Shown in pieces: positions 55,059 through 64,000 of a DNA stretch of 64,000 nt. The position numbers were made by a program, and so were the translations under genes. Origin of the DNA: the human T2T-CHM13v2.0 reference genome, Homo sapiens; NCBI RefSeq assembly GCF_009914755.1, contig NC_060938.1. One strand, written 5' to 3'. Every line of letters begins with the position of its first letter. The stretch's first letter is position 1. The notes under the pieces were generated by a model. The model was not told where the DNA came from and did not search any database. It saw nothing but the letters and a program-made list of their open reading frames with translations.

Positions 55059-55504
55059 TACCTTAGTACATTTCGACTGCAATAGAAAAATACCTTTTTG
55101 TTGTGGCTTATAAACAACATAATTTTATAATTTATAATAATATAAACTTATAACTTATAAATTTACTTCTCATAGTTCTGGAGGCTGAGAGGTCTGAAAT
55201 CAAGGCACTCAAAAATTTGATGTCTGGTGAGGGCCCATTTCCTGGTTCATAGATGGTTCCTTCTCTCTGCATCTTCACATAATGGAAAGAGCAAGGTAGC
55301 TCTCTGGGGTCTCTTTTGTAAGAAAACTACTCATTTACTATCCTTAATGTAGTACTAATTTAGTACCCTTATAAAAGAGCCCCAGATCTCTACTTTCATG
55401 ATCTAAGCACCTCCCAAAAGACCCCATCTCCTAATACCATAAGTTTGGGAGTTAGGATTTCTACATAGGAAATTTGAGGAGACACAAACATTCAGACAAT
55501 AGCA
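55059..55504 (-). mobile_element. MLT1A0 MaLR solo LTR with local rearrangements
   Basis: GGCTTATAAACAACA...TCTCATAGTTCTGGAGGCTG...GTCTGGTGAGGGCCCATTTCCTGGTTCATAGATGG...GACACAAACATTCAGACAATAGCA. Confidence 0.85.
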
Positions 55505-56180
55505 TTCTGTTTTGTTTGGGTTTAATTTGCTTTAGGAACTGATTAGATTCTTTTTTCTTTTCTAACATAAACACATGGCACTATTACATTTATCTAATTC
55601 TTTATTTCTAAAAAATTTTTAATTATTATGGATACATAATAGTTGCACATATGTGTGGGGTACATATGCATACAAGCATACGATGTACAATTATCAAATC
55701 AGGATTCTGATATTCATCACCTTAACATGTATAGTTTCTTTGTGTTAATATTGTTTAGTTACCTTAATAAATTGACCCCTTTATAATCAGTGAGTATATT
55801 TTCTATCACTGGTAATATATTTCGTTCTGAAATATATTAAGTTTGACATTAATATAGTAACTCTAGTTTTCTATAAATTTTTGTTTGCACTACACACACA
55901 GATATCTATGTATTTATATTTACAGTAGAATTTTGGTAGACAGAATTGGATTTCTGATTTTTCATTGATGTATATGAATGATTTACATGTAATGTAATGT
56001 GATTATGAATAAGCTTAGGTTTAAATATACCTTCTTGCTATGTTTTCTATTTATCTTATATGCTCCTTGTTCAATTATTTATCCTTTTTTTACATTTTGT
56101 AGATTAGTTAAATATGTACTTCATTATTTTATGTTATTTCTACTATTGGTTTACTAATGTACTTCTTTTATAGGTTCTGC

Positions 56181-56262
56181 TTTAAGGTTTAAAATATAAA
56201 TACTTGTGTTTTAAGGTTTAAAATATAAAACTTCTACTTTAAGTTTTAAAATATAAATACTT
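56181..56262. repeat. ~29-bp minisatellite, 3 copies
   Basis: Core TTTAAGGTTTAAAATATAAA repeated three times with variable spacers. Confidence 0.85.
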
Positions 56263-56440
56263 AACTCTTCACAGCCTACTTTCAAATAATAGTATATCAC
56301 TTGATATGCAGTATAATACATTGCCAGTTTTTTTCTGCAGACACACATATACATCTCATAAAATTTTACTTCTGCCTTAGGAATCTTTCTTATAAATGAC
56401 AATGGAGGATGGCTGACAATGAAATTCTTTAGATTTTGTT

Positions 56441-56625
56441 CAGTGCTGAGACAACGTTGAGATGAGCAAATTACCTCTGGTGAAAAACTTAATGAGGCAC
56501 TCTCTCGGGTCACACAAGACACAAGTCTTGCACTCTCGATCTCAAATATATAACTCTGAAAGTGAGTAGCTCTTTAGGTTTTCGGACCTAGTTGTGTCAT
56601 TTACTTTACCCTAGTTCCAAACCTA
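56441..56625. mobile_element. MER96-like palindromic hAT-Tip100 MITE
   Basis: CAGTGCTGAGAC...AAAACTTAATGAGGCACTCTCTC ... GAAAGTGAGTAGCTCTTTAGGTTTT...ACCCTAGTTCC, a degenerate self-complementary layout. Confidence 0.6.
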
Positions 56626-56787
56626 TTTTTAATTTTCTAAAAATAAACGAACCCTATTTTACTTTAGTGCTTAAAATTTTCTACTTGTTATAAAAATGTA
56701 GATAAAGCTGTTTTTTCTTATTTAGTTATTTATGATTGCTCCATTGTCTCCAAGCTTTCATAGTTTCTGAAGAAAGTTGCCCATATT

Positions 56788-56812
56788 TGTGTGTGTGTGT
56801 GTGTGTGTGTGT
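56788..56812. repeat. (TG)12 microsatellite
   Basis: Perfect TG run. Confidence 0.95.
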
Positions 56813-57787
56813 ATTTCTTTTGATGTGGATTATTTTTTCATCTCTGATGCCTTTTAAGATTTTTCACTTTATCACTGATTTTCAGAAATTAGACAATAGT
56901 TTACCTTGCCATTTTGTCTTTATTTGTGATTCTAATAACATTTTGGCAATCATTTCTTTGAATTTTTGGTTTTGTTCTTCCCTACCACATACTCACACAC
57001 ATACATCCACTCAGTGTTCTTCTGGGACTCCATCTCTTCTTGTATTATGCTGCTTGATATTGTCCAACTCAGTGTGGTTGTTTTTTCAAATGTGTCTATG
57101 TTTTCTGTTTTGGATAGTTTATATTGTTATATTATCAAAATCACTGGTATTTTTTCTACAATGGTTAAAGTGCTGTTAAATTTATTCATACATTTTTAAT
57201 CTAATATACTTATTTTTTCTGTTTTAGGAGTCTGCTTGTTTTTATTTCTTCCATTTTTATTTTCTCACAATATACATATTTTCCCATCTTATTTGAAAAA
57301 ATAAAGCATATTTTTAACACCTGAATTAACATGTTTCAACACTAATTATTATGTTCATCAAAACCAGATATTGTGAATTCTATATTGTTATGTGACGGAT
57401 TTTGTTGAATTCCTTTTGTATATTTGTATTTTGTTCTCAAACACAGTTAAATTATTTGGAATCAGTTTGATGCTTTTAGAGATTGCTATAAAATTTTCTT
57501 AGAGAAGATGTAGAGTTGCTTTAGGTTTAAGAATGAGTGAGTTCCATCACAAAAGCAGGATTCTTCCAAAGATTCTACCTAATAGCTCATATATTACCCT
57601 GTCTTCTACTTTGGTTTGTGGCAACAATAATATTTGCAGAGCTTTCTGAGCTTTGAGAATTGTTCTTCAAACACTTTGTGTTGGCATTTTACCCCAGGCT
57701 TCAGTTATTTTCTCTCATGTATTCACAGTTTAGTATTCAATGAAGGACTCAATAATTTCCTAGGAAGGTCTGCAGACTCACGGTCAT

Positions 57788-58025
57788 CTGTATTCATTAG
57801 CATGGGCTGCTATAACAAAATGCCATAGACTGAGCAGCTTATAAACCACAGAGATGTATTTCTCAGTCTAACCTCACATGGTGGAAGAGGGAGGGGTCTC
57901 TCTGGCACCTTTCATAAGGGCTCCACTCCCATGATCCAGTCACCTACCAAATTGCCCATTTTTTAATATTATTGGTGGTGAGAATTTTAATATACAAATT
58001 TGGGGAGGTCAATTAGACCAGAGCA
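57788..58025 (-). mobile_element. MLT1A-type MaLR LTR with internal deletion
   Basis: GGGCTGCTATAACAAAATGCCATAGACTG..GCTTATAAAC... jumps to TAACCTCACATGGTGGAAG...TCTCTCTGG. Only ~240 bp. Confidence 0.7.
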
Positions 58026-58372
58026 TAATTCTTGGCAGATAAAAGAAGCCATAAGAAAGCTGGTGTGATCAGACCAGAATGAGCCAGAGGGAAGTTTTAA
58101 GATACAATAAAATATTAGGCTAGACTATTAAAGTACTTTGTCATTAGAAATTATGTCTTTCGGATGAAATCTACCCAATCCTTGCTTGTACATCTTGCTA
58201 AAGTTTTAACTTTTCCATTGATTTCATTATATTTGTCATGTCTTTCCTATCAATTTAATTTTCAATTATCTTCACTTCTTATACATACTGCTATATATTA
58301 TTTAATCATTCTGCCTTAAATTATTTTGTGTACAGTTATAATACTTCAGCCTAGTTTACTAGGAACTCATTA

Positions 58373-58705
58373 CAGTTGTTCCTCTGTATTTGTGGGGTAC
58401 TGGTTCTAGGAACCCTCAGACAAAACAATCTACAGATGCTCAAGACCCTTCCATAAAATGATGTATAATAGTATTTTATACACCTACATCCACACTGTCA
58501 CATACTTTAAATCATCTCTAGATTTCTTATGATACCAAGTACAATGTAAATGCTATGTAGGTAGTTATAGTGTGTTCTTTAGGGGATAATGACAAGGCAG
58601 AATTCCATATGTGTTCACTTTTTCATAAATGTTTTTCCAAATATTTTTGATCCATGGGTGGTTGAATCCACACATGCAGAACCTATGGATATGGAGGGTC
58701 CACTG
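58373..58705 (+). mobile_element. MER2 (TcMar-Tigger MITE)
   Basis: TIRs CAGTTGTTCCTCTGTATTTGTGGG / CCTATGGATATGGAGGGTCCACTG flanked by TA dinucleotides. Internal TACTTTAAATCATCTCTAGATT...ACAATGTAAATGCTATGTA. Confidence 0.9.
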
Positions 58706-60316
58706 TACTTTTTTCTATCCTCCTAACTACATATTGGTTTCTATTTTTGTCTTTATTAAATCTTAAATTGTAGTCATACTACAAATTCGATCTTTTCTAT
58801 TGTTTCATTTTTTTCTATTTCTTGAACAGTATTCTGTTTCTGTTTCAATGCATTAGTATCCACTTATTTATGTTTACCAAAATATTATACAGTCAAATAA
58901 TTCAGGAAGACTTTGAAAATTTAAAGTCAACAGATTTGTATTAGCGTCAATTATATCATCTGTAATAAATCAGATTATCCTGTCACTAGGATTAAATATT
59001 AAAATCTATTTAAGACATCTTAAAGAATATTTGAGATATTATGTATACTTAATATGGATATTTGTTTTCTTCCCTTCATTTTCTGATTTATTTTAGCCTT
59101 TTCATTTGTATTGTTTTATGTACCTTACAGTTACATAAACTCCTTAGTATCTGGAAACTTGTCTTCTTGTTTTAATGTGCCATTCATCTCCTTTGCACAG
59201 TTTCTTACACATATATGTTCTACAAATGTTTATTAAATGAATTAGTGTCAACTACATGCATGCTTTATTCATTAAGCTGTCAAAGGATTGATCCGCTTTA
59301 CAGCTTTGTCAAACTATAGAACTTTAATTCTTTTGCCATATTTTAAAAATAATACATGTTTAGGTAATAATAAAATCAATATTCATACTCATAAAATAAC
59401 AGATTGTAAAAGCATTGTAAGCTAACCACATACATTTTGGAAAAGAAACTGAAATTAATTCTTAAATTCTTTCAAATTCTTCATCTTATTTACTCTTTTT
59501 GTAAAGTAAATGTTTATCTTGTATTTTAGTTTTAAGCTCTTAGAATCTTCAACAATATAGTTTTTTGTACATAAAATATTTAAATCAACTTAATCTATGT
59601 ACATGTTATCAACTAAGTTCAAGTAAAATTACATAAAATGCAACAATGCATTTTATTTTTCTATTCATATTTTTCTAATAAATCTTGTAAGTTTAAGTAA
59701 TTATTTTAGTTAATGCTATGAAATTCTACCTAGGCAGGTTAGGTGTTAATTTCCCAATTTGTATTCAAACTGAACAGTTTTCTCTGGGCTCTTCATCATT
59801 TCATCTTTCCACTTAACTTTCTCTATTTTAACCAAATAATATTTATTGTATTTTGCCCCATTTAAACTAATGAATAAAAATTTCCATCATTGTAAACTCT
59901 ATGTTGATGTTTCAAATAGAATATTTTATTCCCTGTGTGTTTTGAGTAGTAGCACCTTTAATGTTTTATCTATTTATATTTGTACAAGGCATATTACACA
60001 TCTGAAATGAACACAGTACTAATTAGCATAAAGTCAATGTTAGCCTTAGACTTTACAGGTAAGTCTACAGAATACAGAAAGAAAAAATATAATGTCATAT
60101 GTACTTCTTAAACAGTTGTATCAGTGGAAAAACTGATGATGCATTCATGTTTTCCTCAATATTTAGTGAGGAGAGCAAAAATGAGTAATAAGAAGGCAAG
60201 AAAAAATATCCACTGTGTCACTGTAACAGGCACTAGATGATGAGGTCATAGAATGTATTCATCTTTATTTATTCAGAAATTAGCTCCATACCTAGCACAT
60301 AAACATTCCCATCTCA

Positions 60317-60657
60317 GGTCTCAGTTCGCTTGTGCTTCTGTAACAAAACAGCTGAGACTGATAAGAACAGAAACTTGTTTCTCACAGTCCAGGAGGCTGA
60401 AAAGTTCAAAACCATGGTTCTGGCAGTTTTGGCACCAAGTGAGGTCCCAGTTTCTGCTTCTAAAATGGTAACTTGAATGCTGTGTCCTTACATTAGCTAG
60501 TTCCCTTCAGCCCTTTTGTAATGCACTAATCCCATCTATGAGTACAGAGTCCTCATGGCCTAATTACTCCTAAAGGCCTGACTTCTTAATACTATTGCAT
60601 TGAGGATTAAGTTTCAAAATGGCTTTTAGAGGGGAGACAAACATTTAAGCTAAAGTA
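60317..60657 (-). mobile_element. MST-family (MSTC/D-like) MaLR solo LTR
   Basis: TGTAACAAAACAGCTGAGACTG..AGAACAGAAAC..TTTCTCACAGTCCAGGAGGCTG...CCTCATGGCCTAATTAC...GAGGATTAAGTTTCAA. Confidence 0.8.
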
Positions 60658-62256
60658 TAATAATCCATAATTTTTGAATGAATGAACAAAAAGTCACTTG
60701 CATTTAAATGTGAAAATGTAGATACTTTTGGTGTCAGTTATTTTCTGTACAATTGCGATTATTCCTCATAAAAATTCAGAGCAATCAGTTGGCTTTCAAT
60801 TAAATTTACATATTAGTTATAAACATTTTAAATGTTAACTCTGTTTCTACACTTCATGATATTTAATATGTATATTAATTTTACAAGACTTACTTAAATA
60901 TTTTTCTTCCAATTTTCTAATTCTCTTTCCCTTGTTGAAATGAGCAAACACACAAAATATCAAGTAACAGAAAATGCATTGCTAATGTCTTACTTTGGTA
61001 AGATACTTTCATTAGTATTTCGAATAGAACTGAGATTTTTATTTTTATATATTTTTTAACCAAACCTGACTCATATTATAGATGATCTAAAGTATTAATG
61101 TAATACAAATCCATTGTATTTCTTGGCACAAAGAAAAAAGTGGGTCATGTCAAACACCTGCAATGACAGTAAAATCATGTCACAAATAGGTAAGCTAATT
61201 ATGTTGAAAAATGATTATGCACACACTATGTAAAGCATTGTCCTTTTCCTTTGTTGGAGGGCATTTATTCATAGACATCATGTATACTTTCTTTCCAAAG
61301 GGTAAGATTGACCTAGAACCCTATGGACAACCCTTTATAGTTAAGCTTGCCAACTACTTGTCAGAAATGATTAGTGAGAAATGTAGGAAAGAAAATTTCC
61401 CCTGTTGATAACAGGGGGCAAATAGAAGATGCCCTGAAGTTGTCATAAGGAATCACATTTTTTTCAATAAGAATATTTTTTATTTGATAATATCTAATAT
61501 CACAGATCAACCTTTATTTACACATATTCTAGACATGGGTTGAACTTGACAGGTTTCGGTAATAGAAAATTCTGTGGCAACTCACAAAAGAGTATGTGTG
61601 CATTGTAATCATTTTTATTATAAATAATAACTGTGTCTTTTCTTGATAAAATGAAGATATAATAAATCATGATTTCCCCTCAATCATATCTTTTAGAAAC
61701 TGAGTTTATGTGTCTTTGGATTTATAATAATCCCAAGCTCACATTTTATGTTAAAATACTCATTAAAATGCGATAATTTATTACAACTTTATTTTGGATT
61801 ATATTCTGAATGTCTTACAACATGAAAGCTAAAGAATGCTATACATTTTTTGAAACAGATTTATATAAGCCTCACAGTCTGTATTATGAAATTATTAATG
61901 TTAGAGTAACATTTTGATCTACTAGATTCATAAAATTAGTGAGAATTCTTCAGCTATTATTTTGAATCCTCTCTTTATATCTCTTAATAATACAGATAAC
62001 ACAGATTTGAGCTACAGGAAAATGTAATATGCATTGTGTTTGAACAAAGTGTGTTATAATTTCAGATGTACATCAACCTATACTGTATCCCTATGTTGTG
62101 TAAGACTGAATATCCTAGATCATATTGGATTATTACAGTCAATAATATTTTACATTAAACATCAAAAAATAATATGGCATTCATTTGTAACCCAGAAAAA
62201 TGAGTAACTCCCAGGGGAAATTTAGTTTTCATTGCTCCTTATGCTAACAACTTTAA

Positions 62257-62631
<375 letters not shown>

Positions 62632-62923
62632 TCTATTTTTGAAAGTTACCTTTTGTCATTTTTTTATCTGCAGTAGTGTGGATTAGAAACCTGGCTCAGT
62701 CCTACCACTAAAATAATTCTTAAAAGTTGGATGAAACATTAAAAAAATCTTGCTTTAGTGTCACAATGATCAGGCAAGAAGACAACAATTTTATGAAAAT
62801 TAAGGTTTTACCTTGAGAGCATTCTCTGGTCCTGATAAGGATGAGGCCATGTTTCTTGGGACTGTAAAAAGCAGGGGACCAGAGACAAAGCTCAAAGTCC
62901 AGCCAAATTGGAAGTGTAGTAAG

Positions 62924-63727
62924 AGAACACTCTTACACTATTGGTGGGAGTGTAAATTAGTTCAACCATTGTGGAAGACAGTATGGTGATTCCTCAAGGA
63001 TCTAGAACTAGAAATACCATTTGAGCCAGCAATCTTATTACTGGGTATATACTCAAAGGATTATAAATTATTCTACTCTAAAGACACAGGCACACGTATG
63101 TTTATTGCAGCACTATTTACAATAGCAAAGACTTGGAACCAACCCAAATGTCCATCAATGATAGACTGGATAAGGAAAATGTGGCACATATACACCATGG
63201 AATACTATGCAGCCATAAAAAAGGACGAGTCTGTGTCCTTTGCAGGGACATGGATGAAGCTGGAAGCCATCACTCTCAGCAGACTAACCCAGGAACAGAA
63301 AACCAAACACCACATGTTTTCATAAGTGGGAGTTGAACAATGAGAACACATGGTCACAGGGAGGGGATCATCAGGGAGGGGCTGTAGGGGGTGGGGGCCT
63401 AGGGGAAGGATAACATTAGGAGAAATACCTAATGTAGGTGACGAGTTGAAGGGTGAAGCAAACCACCATGGCACATGTATACCTATGTAACAAAACTGCA
63501 GGTTCTGCACATGGACATGGGGAGAGGAACATTACACACTGGGAACTGTTGGGGGTGGAGGGCAAGGGGAGGGAGAGCATTAAGACAAATACCTGCAAGT
63601 GGGGCTTAAAACCTAGATGACGGGTTGATAGGTGCAGCAAACAACCACGGCACATGTATACCTATTTAACAAACCTGTACGTTCTGCACATGTATTCCAG
63701 GACGTAAAGTGAAATATAAAAAAAAAA
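62924..63727 (+). mobile_element. 5'-truncated L1PA (PA7/PA8A-like) fused to a second L1PA8-like 3'UTR and poly(A)
   Basis: ORF 63098-63325 (MFIAALFTIAKTWNQPKCPS...) is the L1 ORF2 C-terminus. Two successive 3'UTRs carry different diagnostic sequences, followed by an A-tail. Confidence 0.92.
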
Positions 63728-64000
63728 AGAATGCCCTTTTCTGGGGTTCTCACTAATACGACCTGTGTAACTTGAAAATCCTCAAGACAGAAATTTAAAG
63801 TGATCTCATTCTGTTTATAACCCTGGGCCCTTGGTACAAAAAAATTTATATAATCCTTTTGGGAACCCTATTTAAATTCTATCCTAAAATTATTTGCATA
63901 AATATACTTCCATTAGTTAGGAATTGACAGTAAAACAAAACAAAACACACAGAGAAAGATGGTGCATGAAAAGAATATAGGAGGAAAACAGGGAGATAAA

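Larger units (their letters stand above)
52760..57780 (-). mobile_element. Mosaic of ancient L1M (L1ME/L1MC) fragments hosting younger insertions
   Basis: Strongly T-rich strand with degenerate antisense L1 ORF2/ORF1 motifs (TTTTGTCTGATATTAATA, TCTCTCCATTTATTTAGGTCT). Confidence 0.55.

Noticed and set aside
60044-60064. TTTACAG|GTAAGT as a recursive splice site
   Set aside because: Short, AG-interrupted pyrimidine tract and no evidence that the window lies in a plus-strand intron.

Overview
This is AT-rich, CpG-poor primate genomic DNA. AluY, AluS, AluJ, THE1 and L1PA elements point to a human or other catarrhine genome. The window looks intergenic or deep-intronic, and I find no credible protein-coding gene, RNA gene, CpG island or CRISPR array. 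The supplied ORFs are chance frames or frames inside repeats. A large part of the window is layered transposable elements. The main ones are a complete THE1 MaLR provirus with intact TSD (278-2545), an AluJ split by an LTR1-group LTR, a ~7.35 kb near-full-length L1PB-type LINE (19790-27140), and a two-LTR MER4-group ERV1 provirus (29224-36419) carrying gag/env vestiges and three nested insertions. Other elements include MER1B split by MLT2A, LTR16 split by MER4, several solo LTRs, DNA-transposon MITEs and a chimeric L1PA 3' end. I do not see a new gene system. The most interesting signals are mutational scars: locally templated inverted/direct micro-insertions, a two-subfamily L1 chimera joined at a 6-bp microhomology, a duplication across an Alu/LTR junction and a solo LTR with unmatched flanks. 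There are also DUX4-type motifs in MaLR LTRs. Repeat family names come from my recall of consensus sequences, not from a database search, and boundaries of old elements are approximate.
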